Assembly (NCBI GenBank): GCA_964016885.1
Contig: OZ024744.1
Span: 5,828,001 to 5,892,000 of the forward strand
DNA from: Eledone cirrhosa
Taxonomy: Eukaryota
Direction of reading: 5' to 3'
Length of the DNA: 64,000 nt
Under the pieces are notes generated by a model. It had not been told where the DNA came from, made no database searches, and saw only the letters and a list, made by a program, of their open reading frames with translations. The translations under genes and the position numbers were made by a program. Below are positions 52,907 through 64,000 of the stretch, in pieces. Each line of letters starts with the position of its first letter. Positions within the stretch are counted from its first letter, which is position 1.

Positions 52907-54020
52907 ATGGGTGTATTGCGAAGATGCCTCTCCAGGAAACCCGGGAAATCAACTGACGCGTGCTCCCTCAGAAACTGCCCGATGCGCCATACGAACTGTT
53001 GCCTACGCACATACGTCGTGTATAAGATAGAATGTAACAAGTGCAACCACTACTATATAGGTAGCACAATCCGGCCGCTACACATCCGGATCAAGGAGCA
53101 CATTAACACCAGGGCCTCGTCTTTCCGGAAACACATAACCAAATGCGGAAACAAAGACGGAAGGCCCATTGTCACAATTCTAGCGACAGAGAGAAACCAC
53201 GTCGGCACGTTACGTATCAAGAAAGCACTTTGGATCAAACGCCACAAATAAATAACCGATCCGAGAGAAGCGAAATGAGGTGGTTGGTTTAAGTAAACAA
53301 ACGATGCAGCAACACACGCACACACACACAAGCGAGACAGCAACACACGCACACACACACACACACAGTAGCATTACACCATACGAACATACTACACTGC
53401 TAATACAGACGAACAAGGCAACAACACACGCGCACACACACACATCAAGCGAGACAACAACACACGCACACACACACACACACACACAGTAACATTCACC
53501 AAACAGGCAGAGAATACTATCACAACCACACACTATTCAACAGGGCAGATAATACAATGGACTGACAGCTAGCGCCACCCCACTCCCACAATTGAAAGAA
53601 CTACTTCGGCCGCGCACCTCTGCTTGACCGACCCTATTTCACGTGCACACCCGCTCTGCTGAGTACCTCAGATATTCAAAACAACGAACAGCGGTGGACA
53701 CATTGCGCACCTTTCCGACAGACAACGTCCCCCCCCCCGGAAAACTCCCCCAGTTGATGGATGTGAATCCGAAATATATAGGGACAATTAAATCTCCCCC
53801 AAGGTAACTATATCTCGTGTTATTATTTTTATCCTTTACGCTCTTTCCCACATTCTTCTACACGCTACACATCTCAACCTACATTCACTTACATCTATCT
53901 CTCTACCACCGGATCTTGTTACCCGGAGATTTACCCATCTGCAGTGTTGAGGCTTCCAAAACGACCTCGAGAAATATACCTTATTATTCCACAATGCTTC
54001 AAGCAAACTTCAATACTATC
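52907..54020 (+). mobile_element. 5'-truncated Penelope-like element: GIY-YIG endonuclease remnant plus 3' region
   Basis: ORF 52907-53251 has C..C/CC linker, VVYKIECNKC..YYIGST.R.LH.R.KEH..H (GIY-YIG with the CCHH motif of PLE endonucleases). A (CA)-rich 3' region follows; the 3' boundary is approximate. Confidence 0.75.
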
Positions 54021-54021
54021 T

Positions 54022-54745
<724 letters not shown>

Positions 54746-54961
54746 GGTAACAAATTATTGTTATAGGTAGTCCACTTAAGTGTAGTCCAGTTATGGTACT
54801 CCGGGTAGTGGATGATATCAACACTTGGCTAAGTTTGACTCAACAAGGCGTTTCCATAGTGATGCTGCGAGTACGCTGTAATTGCTATGTTGTAAACACT
54901 TAGAGTAATGATAAATCAGGAAAGAAGAGTGACACGGTTTGTTATACAAAAAGGTTTTTAA

Positions 54962-55082
54962 TCTCATTGCTGACAATTGTTTCTCTGAACTGGTAGGTCT
55001 AGAGATCGCTATCCGCTTATTTTCACGTTATTCGATCACCAATACATAGTTGTAACCAATCAATTCATCGGAGCTTGTGAGA
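54962..55082 (-). ncRNA. Atypical hammerhead-like motif (inverted copy)
   Basis: Reverse complement of 57467-57587; it also carries CCGATGA. Confidence 0.55.
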
Positions 55083-57466
55083 ATGAAAAGAATATACAGG
55101 CATGGCTACTATATATAGTAGTAATGGCATTCAATCAGAACAATAACAACAATGCTAACAATGCTAGCAATAAATTATTTGAAATAATTACAACATCAAT
55201 CTAGGTAGGAAGTATAGTATATCTACGATTTTAACGTGTAAAAATAGCTGACATGAGGCAAATGTATAAAATTAACATGTAAAAGCTGTCATGGTGTGTA
55301 TTATATCTAGTGTAAAGATAAGCCGGTGGCTTTAAACAATGTAGGTCTGGTGGCCGTAAGAATCGTTATTATCTAACAGATGAAGAATTTATCACTGTAG
55401 TGAGGATAGTAATATTTGTGTGGTCTATTAGATGAAAGGGTTGTCTAGCTTTCTCATCATCAATAACATACATGTATAAGACAAAATTAACAGAGTAGCA
55501 ATATAATGGGCAAGTTAATACAGAGGTTAAGGAGGCAATATAAATACATACATGCACACAAACATATATATATATACATACACATATATACATATAAAGA
55601 GAAAACATGCTGACTATAATTATAACAGGAGGAAGGTAAAGTTCTGTTGTAGTAGTATTTTGAAATGTTCTTGGATTTAGGTTCATGTGCTGACAGCAGC
55701 TGAGAAGAGATATGTTTATGGGTTGATGAGGTACTTACAGACATTAGTGTGGTATAGAACTAAGAAGGCTAGAATGTACTTAATGCTTATATTTCTGTGG
55801 TGGTTTGTGCAGTGTAGTGGGTATCCTAGTTGAAAGCTAAGTTACGTCGGTTCGATTGACGGAGGTTTAAATCTTGTGAATTTAGTGGCGATTCTGTGTC
55901 TGCAGAAGATAGATCTTTCTAACTTGTTGTTAAGTAGCCTTACATTTCTATGGATATACAGTAATTCTAGATCACATAGCCTACAGTGGGACATACCGGT
56001 ACTGTAGGTCTTTGCGGCCGACAACCTCGACCGGTTGATACTGTAGTATCAACGGTAAACTTTCTAGATGTGACTCTAAATCTAAATACGGGATTAATAG
56101 AACCTTTCCACAAAAATAATGAAAATCTGGGCTGCATTAGTTATAACTCAAACTACCCCAAATCCATAATCAGATCCATAGCACGTTGTATATCCCTTAG
56201 AATATCCCGCTGATCCTCAAGCCTAGAAATTTTTAGAAGCTGCACGAAATAACACCTCAAACTGTAACTGCCACCTACCGGATAGGTCCCCATTGGCGAA
56301 TAGATGCCTCGATTCGAGCCTAGTGTACATGTTTACGGTCAACTCAGACAACTCCACTTGGTATTATATTTGATCCACCGCGGGTTCTTTTAAAAAAAGA
56401 TGGTATGTGCACAGACACTCGATGAAAAATCGTGCACTTATGGGTTCTACAACCCTCGCCAAAAAATCTGGGAACTTAAGGACAACAACACCAACTACAG
56501 TATCAACTGGTCGAGGTTGTCGGCCGCAAAGACCTACAGTACCAGTATGTCCCACTGTAGGCTATGTGATCTAGAACTACTGTATATCCTTAGAAATGTA
56601 AAAAGGCTACTTAACAACAAGTTAGAAAGATCTATCTTCTGCAGACACAGAATCGCCACTAAATTCACAAGATTTAAACCTCCGTGAATCGAACCGTCGT
56701 AAATTAGCTTTCAACTTAGGATACCCACTACACTGCACGAACCACCACAGAAATATAATCATTAAGTACATTCTAGCCTTCTTAGTTCTATACCAGACTA
56801 ATGTCTGTAAGTACCTCATCAACCCATAAACATATCTCTTCTCAGCTGCTGTCAGCATATGAACCTAAATCCAAGATCATTTCAAAATACTACTACAACA
56901 GAACTTTACCTTCCTCCTGTTATAATTATAGTCAGCATGTTTTCTCTTTATATGTATGTATATATGTGTATGTATATATATATATGTTTGTGTGCATGTA
57001 TGTATATATATTGCCTCCTTAACCTCTGTATTAACTTGCCCATTATATTGCTACTCTGTTAATGTTGTCTTATACATGTATGTTATTGATGATGAGAAAG
57101 CTAGACAGCCCTTTCATCTAATAGACCACACAAATATTACTATCCTCACTACAGTGATAAATTCTTCATCTGTTTGATAATAAAGATTCTTACGGCCACT
57201 AGACCTACATTGTTTAAAGCCACCGGCTTATCTTTACACTAGATATAATACACACCATGACAGCTTTTACATGTCAATTTTATAGATCTGCCTAATGTCA
57301 GCTATTTTTACACGCTAAAATCGTAGATATACTATACTTCCTACCTAGATTGATGTTGTGATTATTTCAAATAATTTATTGCTAGCATTGTTAGTATTGT
57401 TGTTATTGTTCTGATTGAATGCCATTAATACTATATATAGTAGCCATGCCTGTATATTCTTTTCAT

Positions 57467-57587
57467 TCTCACAAGCTCCGATGAATTGACTGGTTATAAC
57501 TTTGTATTGGTGATCGAATAACGTGAAAATAAGCGGGTAACGATCTCTAGACCTACCAGTTCAGAGAAACAATTGTCAGCAATGAGA
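57467..57587 (+). ncRNA. Atypical type I hammerhead-like motif (CCGAUGA core, ~80-nt stem II)
   Basis: Stem I TCTCA..GCT/AGC..TGAGA, core CCGATGA, stem II TGA-CTGG/CCAG-TCA, then GAAAC-AATT-GTC with palindromic ACAATTGT. It sits at the 3' end of a PLE. Confidence 0.58.
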
Positions 57588-57636
57588 TTAAAAACCTTTT
57601 TTGTATAGCAAACCGTGTTACTCTTCTTTCCTGATT

Positions 57637-57696
<60 letters not shown>

Positions 57697-57865
57697 GTGT
57701 GTACGTAGGTATTCTATATTCTGTGTGTATATATACGTGTATATATGTGTTTTTAGTTATTTATATTTTATATGTGTGTATATGTGCGTGAATGTGTGTA
57801 TTATGTACATGTGTATGTATGTGTAAGAGTTTGTATATATATATATGTGTGTGTGTATATATGTA

Positions 57866-60600
57866 TAGTTCTTTATAAATGAACTGGTTAACTTATACCA
57901 TATAACCAGTTCATTTATAAAGAACTAAGGAAGAACTATAAGAAAACCAGTAGTACAGCACTCACCTCTATAAACAATAAATCACACACCATAGTAAAGG
58001 AACTCAACATCGAAGATAGAACCGAACCTTTCCCACCAGAAAATCCACACTTTAATCTGAAAGATCATAAATCTAACTTCAACTCGAACCCATCGATTAG
58101 ACTCATATGCCCCTCTAAGTCGGACATTGGAGTAATAAGCAAGAAGATTCTTGGTAACATTATTCCACAACTAAGGAAACATATAAAACTGCCGCTATGG
58201 GAAAACACTTCCCAAGTTATCAATTGGTTCACCAACATCAAAAATAAGCCCTCAGCTTCATTTCTCCAATTCGACATCGATGCATACTATTCATCAATAT
58301 TCCCCATACTACTGAACAAAGCATTAATTTTTGCCAAAAATAGATCGGACTTAACTATGAATGAAATTAAGATCATCACACACGCTAGACAAACTCAATT
58401 GGACTTCCAAGACGAGTATTGGACTAGAAATACTTATAGTGATTTATATGATATCACTATGGGCTCGAAGGATTCCGCCCATTTACGGACCTTGTGGGCC
58501 TATTCCTCCTACATAATTTAAATTCCTCTTTTCCCCACCTTAATGGTGGTCTATATTGCGATGACTGTCTTCTTCTAGCTAATAATCTTAGTCTCTCAGC
58601 AATTGAGAGAAATAAAAAGCATATTAGAAAATTCCGCAAAAACTACTATAATCTTACGGTTACTTTTGAAAATAACACTAAAATGGTCAATTTCCTCGAC
58701 ATCAATTTAGACCTATCAACAGGCAGTTACCAACCCTACCATAAACCAAACCAAAACGTCCATTATATGTACTCACTATCTAACCACCCTAGTTCCATAC
58801 TAAACAATCTAGTGTACAATATCTCACTCAGACTATCTAAATTATCATCTAGTGAATAAATATTCTACAAAAATGCGCCTTATTATAATGAGGTTTTAAC
58901 TAGAAGTGGCTACAAAGATAAAATATTTTACATACCTAACACGATGAATACCCCCTAGCATACAGCCAACCATAAACAACAAACACCGTAGAAAACACCA
59001 AAAAGTTAGTGCCAGCAATGAAACACCGAAAAACCTAGATCCTACCATTACTCCCAATATCCACATTAACACGAATGACACAAATTCTCTAAAAATCATC
59101 AATCCTAACGATTCTGAATATTTCTATAACCTACCTAATATTATTACTACAGACCATACGAAAACACCTAACTCCACTACACTTAAAAAATGCAGTTAAT
59201 AATAACACCTTATATCTTAATTCTCACAATAAACCTAATGATATATCACCTATCAAATCGAACCTTCAACATAACCCAAATACATCCTTGCAATCCCCAA
59301 ATCTAGGGAAACATGTCTGAACTACCGTATATAACAGGAATGATACCGAAATTCCAGGTCCTATCAATAATGCTCCATTAACAAAACTCACAATATACTC
59401 TAAAAATCAAACAAAAAGCAATAATTCAAAAACTAATACAATTCAAAAATCTACTAAACAATTAGTTCACACCATAATAACAATCACAATATTATAATTT
59501 CATCTGATAACAGTATCTACCCTCAAACTTCTATACATACCCAATATCTTAAGAGGAAACCTTTTAGAAACCATAAAAGAAATGTAATATGGTATAACGC
59601 TCCATTCAACTTGCAATCTATGGGCCAAATCCCTAAAAAATGTTTTACAATTCTCGATAAGCATTTCCCACCTAACCACAAATACCATTAAATCTTAAAC
59701 AGAAATACAGTAAAATTTTCTTACTCCATATCGAGCAATATACAACAAAAAATAAGTGCATATAACATCTATAAATGTAAAAAAAGCTCCATCTATACCA
59801 CACACAAGATAACTATGGTAATACTACAACGCCTAACCAGAATATTACTGCATACCCACCTGATAGATCCGCTCACTCACCTCACCAGCACAATATAGCA
59901 GACTACAACCAACTACCATCTTCCTCATCCTTAATAGGGACTAAGATTTACATACCCAATCTAATTAATAGCGTCCAAAACAACCATGATTCCATAAACG
60001 CTATATCAAGTATAATTTCACCTACTAGCAACAATTCGGACCGCAGCCACCCTACCGTAAACCCTTCTCTCCCAAATAAAAAGGTAAACACAAATACTAG
60101 CACTATTATTGTGAATATGGATAGCACATCTGAAACCCTATATGCAAACGGTTGTAATTGTAGAATAAAAGATAATTGCCCCTTAAATGGAAATTGCTTA
60201 ATTAATAATATAGTATATAAATGTGTAATCACCACTAAGGACTCTAATCAATCCTATATTGGATCCACTTCTAATCCATTTAAATCGAGATTCTATGCAC
60301 ACACCCACAGTTTCCGAAACACAAAATTAGCAAATATCACTTCTTTAGCAGAAGCATTTAATAATTGTAAAAAGAGGAATATTAAATATAACCTAACTTG
60401 GAAGATTCTTAAGAGAGCTATTTCTTATCAGGGTAATAGAAGGGAGTGCGGACTATGTTCCCAAGAAATCTTTGAAATTACCAAATCGAAGGACACTCTA
60501 TTAAATAAAAGACGAGAATTAATTTTAGTATGTAACTATAAAATTAGAAGGACATTCAAATATTATAAACACAACTAAACAAATATAGAAAATGATATAG
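57866..60600 (+). mobile_element. 5'-truncated, decayed Penelope-like element (RT + C-terminal GIY-YIG; possibly Hydra-type)
   Basis: From 57901: LKDHKSNF..NPSIRLICPSKSDIG.ISK.IL, FLQFDIDAYYSSI, DITMGS.DSA, GLYCDD, VNFLDINLDL, WYNAPF, CNCRIKDNCPLNGNCL..IVYKC..YIGST..FKSRFYAH. Several stops and frameshifts; final stop at 60578. Confidence 0.9.
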
Positions 60601-60865
60601 GTGAAAAAATGTGTGAGTATATGTGTGTGTGTGTGTGTCAAAATGTATATCTGTGTATGTATATGTATGTATATGCATAAATGTATGCCTATATATAAAC
60701 ATGTGTGAGTGTACATGTATATGTGTGTATGAATATAGTAAGTGTATGTGTGTGTGCATGCATATATATGTGTATATATGTGTGTCAGTATAAGTGTGTA
60801 TATGTATATGTGTGTACATATATGCGTATGTATATCTATGTATACATATATATTTTTGGAAAGCC

Positions 60866-60916
60866 AGATTCCTGATGATTTATAAAGAATGAAACAGTTC
60901 TAGTCCTGTAGAATCT
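60866..60916 (+). ncRNA. Type I hammerhead ribozyme in Penelope pseudo-LTR
   Basis: Stem I AGATTC/GAATCT, core CTGATGA, weak AU-rich stem II, GAAA, stem III ACAG/CTGT and cleavage triplet GTA. Followed by ATTAAAACCTTT, as in the 57.5-kb motif. Confidence 0.75.
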
Positions 60917-61046
60917 CATCTATATTAAAACCTTTATACTCTGCTATGTATTGAGTATCTTACTTACTGTGGTTACCTCCGATTCAACCCGGAATAACGT
61001 ACCTTTTAGCACTCTCTGTACCCCTTATAACCATCACCAAGAAACT

Positions 61047-63187
61047 ATGCTGACCAAACTCGACCTTGATGTCTCCATGAAGAACATCCCCATCCCTCCA
61101 AGGAAACTATACCTAAAAACACTTATCAGACGTACCGACGAGTTCATCAAGCGAATTAGATGGAGAGCCTTCTTCCTCGACAACCCTGATGTAGCATCTA
61201 CCAATGATGAGAAGTTCGGCTTCAAAACGAATAAGGCACCACCCACCAACAGCCTACTTGAACTATTTGAAGAAGACCTCTTCAAGATGATCAAATATAT
61301 CAAATTTAGTAGAGCCCCCACACCATTCCAGGCCTACTTAAATACTGAATTGCGGAATATAAAAAAATCCTCTAATCTTCATGTCCCCTCCGATAAAACC
61401 AAAAACGTTTATGAGGTAGACCCACAGACCTACAATAAACTGGCCAAAAATGCCATCACGACCACCTACAAAAAGGTAATAGAGATGGCATTGACTGAGA
61501 CAAACGTGGCCGGAAAAGAAATCGCCAATTCCCTTAAATTACATGACTGAACTGAACCTTTAAGGGTAAAGATCCCGCACTTTACCCTGAAGGACCATAA
61601 GGGAAACTTCCTCAACAAACCATCAGTCAGACTTATCAACCCCACTCGTTCAGACATCGGCTCTATCAGTAAGAAGATCCTAGATAGTGTTCTACCATCA
61701 TTGTGGGTTGCCTCACCACCCCCACTCTGGAGCATAGCATCTGAGGCAATATCTTGGCTCCAAGAATTACCCGACAAACGCCACACTCGCTTCCTGCAAC
61801 TCGACATAGGAACTACTATGCTTCTATCTCGGAGCCCCTCCTGAAGGACGCAATTACCTTTGCCAGGAATTTTACCACAATAACCGATGCTGAGCAAGTT
61901 GTTATCCTCCACGCCCGTAAGACCTTTCTATACCACGATGGATCTTATTGGATCAACAAGAAGTCTCAGACCCCATTTGAGGTGAGCATGGCAACGAGTG
62001 ACTCGGCTGAAAGTAGCGACTTATACATTTTACATCACCTGAAGAACCTCTTTACTGGCCTAACCGTATGTTTATACCGAGACGACGGCCTCTTCGCCCT
62101 GCACAAGGTTAACCCCAGAACCACCGATGGGTTTCGGAGAAACTTAAGCTCGTTCTTCTGTAATCTAGGATTTAGTATAACTATAGAATCTAATATGACT
62201 AGGGCCAACTTCTTAGATGTCACTCTCGACCTAGATAGTTCCCTCTATTACCCGTACCACATACCTAACGAGTCCCTTAGATATATTAATGTTAATTCTA
62301 ACCACCCCCAAAACATCACTGATAACTTAGTAAAAAGCGTCTCTATTAGAATCTCTGGCCTCTCTGCCAATGAAGATATTTTTAACGCCTCTGCCTCCTA
62401 CTACAATGACGCCCTCGCCCGCAGCGGACTTAAAGAAAAGATAACCTACATAGAAACCACCGCAAGACTGCAGAGGAAGAATAGGCATAGGCAGATTAGC
62501 TGGTACAACCCTCCCTTCAATAGAGAGGTCTCTACACCTATAGCTAGGATTTTCTTCACTTTGCTGAACACACACTTCCCCATACAACATAGGTACTACA
62601 CCATCTTTAATAAGAACACAATAAGACTTTCCTACTCCACCACACTTAACCTAGCTAGGAATATAGCCAATCACAATTCTAAAAAATTAAATAAGCCAAC
62701 CTGTCCCGAACCCAATCCCCGGACTGGGGCCTTGTGTAATTGCTTAAATAAGGAAGCATGCCCACTTGAAAACAAATGCTTGACAAATGATATCGTATAC
62801 AAATGCGATGTCATCTCAGGCACCGATGATTGCAACAACAAAAAGACTTACATCGGCATGACCTCCAATAACTTTAAGACCCATTGGTATGCCCATACCC
62901 ACTCCTTCAGAAGACCGGACAAATCAAACCAGACAACACTCGCCTCCTATGTTTGGGACCTCAAAAGTAACTCCACCCCCTTCGCGCTTAAATGGAAAAT
63001 ACTCCAGAAAGCGCGCTCTTACAACGGAGGACACAAGGGCTGCGACCTTTGTATCTCAGAGAGCTACGACATTTTATTCGCCAAGGGCTCGTTACTGAAC
63101 AAACTCTCTGAACACTGCCCGAACTGCATGCAATAGAACTTTGCAACTTTCAAATACTTTAAGCCAGTGTTAAAGCCCGATGGCTAA
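61047..63187 (+). pseudogene. Near full-length Penelope-like ORF (RT + GIY-YIG endonuclease), disrupted
   Basis: ATG at 61047; SMKNIPIP..Y...LI......IKRIRWRAFF, LKDHKGNF, FLQLDI, LYRDDG (catalytic), NFLDVTLDL, WYNPPF, CNC..CPL..KCL..IVY..YIGMT. TGA at 61548, frameshift near 61808, TAG at 63134. The Hydra-clade assignment is from recalled motif similarity only. Confidence 0.9.
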
Positions 63188-63309
63188 AAACGACTTCCTC
63201 CTTTTAGCCCCTCTACCACCCCACCCCTACCCCTCCTCAACCTGAAACACGGCCACTATGGTTAGGTGAGTACCTCTTACCCATCTGAATTTTCTGCTTG
63301 TAGAGCTGT

Positions 63310-63589
63310 TTTTATGTGCCTGTGTATATGCGTATATTTATGAGTACTTATTTGTATGTATTTCTATGAGTGGCCGTTTGTTTGTATGCATATCGCTGTG
63401 TGTAGGTGCGTTCACGTGTCTTCTTTGTGTGTATATTTATATGTATGTATATATGGTTTTGTGTATGTGTGTGTGTATATATATATATGTGTATATATAT
63501 ATATATGTATATATATGTATATGTGTATGTGTATGTTTATATATATTTTTGTATATATATATACATATGTGTGTATATGTATGTATATG

Positions 63590-63634
<45 letters not shown>
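63310..63634. repeat. (TA)/(TG) compound microsatellite
   Basis: Seen directly in the sequence; a similar field lies at 60610-60853. Confidence 0.9.
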
Positions 63635-63637
<3 letters not shown>

Positions 63638-64000
63638 AAAGTTCTATTTAAAATTATTGAGATACAACAAGTAAATATTTTTATAACTGAGATAAAGCAC
63701 TCGACAAATTTTTGGAGTAGATATACGATATTAATAAATGGAAACTATATTTATAAAACCATATTTATTTCATTATACATATTTCAGGGATACCACATTA
63801 AATTATGGTATGCCTTCATCAGACAAAATACAATATATAACAGTTTTACAAATAGGTTTGACGTACCCTTTAAAATACAACCATTACTTTTGGAGGCTGT
63901 CTGGATAGTGATTTGTTCATATAATAAGTCATAGTGTTAAGCACAATTAGAAAAAGACGGAGAGAAAGAAAGAAAGAGAAAAGAACAAAGACAGAGAGAG

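Larger units (their letters stand above)
54910..57640 (+). mobile_element. Internally deleted Penelope-like element with inverted 5' pseudo-LTR
   Basis: 54910-56047 is the reverse complement of 56494-57640. The centre encodes an RT-thumb remnant (VNFLDVTLNLNTG..PFHK.N..Y..SN.P) and a CNC..CL..VY..YI(G)ST..FK.RWY.H GIY-YIG remnant ending CRLCDLE...LLN...CRH. It ends in (TA)n. Confidence 0.88.

Noticed and set aside
53651-53694. Degenerate hammerhead in the 3' region of the GIY-YIG fragment (CCGCT-CTGCTGA...CAAAAC...AGCGG)
   Set aside because: It needs at least three core substitutions. The position is plausible, but it cannot be supported without a family consensus.
53804-53944. PLE pseudo-LTR intron (AAG|GTAACT ... 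CTGCAG|)
   Set aside because: The splice-like motifs are short and common; transcript evidence is needed.

Overview
Eukaryotic, repeat-only window with no recognisable host gene. It is probably from a coleoid cephalopod such as an octopus, inferred from the SINE type and the dense (TA)/(CA) microsatellites. Positions 1-35203 are one 18-bp tandem array (AATGTTGGTGGTAGTAGT)n, about 1,900+ units, with a 200-N gap and nested internal duplications; the huge ORFs there are by-products of the repeat. Positions 36.2-47.8 kb hold two divergent, full-length Tx1-clade LINEs head-to-tail, each bounded by (ATCT)n and sharing covarying UTR hairpins. Positions 48-64 kb are a microsatellite-embedded nest: a 5'-inverted RTE fragment, a non-coding ~472-bp tandem repeat with one minimal hammerhead ribozyme per unit (retrozyme/pseudo-LTR-like), three tRNA-derived SINEs, and four decayed Penelope-like elements (RT and/or GIY-YIG) with further hammerheads, one of them atypical. 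The best leads are the hammerhead tandem array, the apparent (ATCT)n target specificity of the Tx1 pair, the atypical CCGAUGA long-stem-II hammerhead and the twin-priming-like RTE insertion. All calls were made by eye; no searches or folding computations were run.
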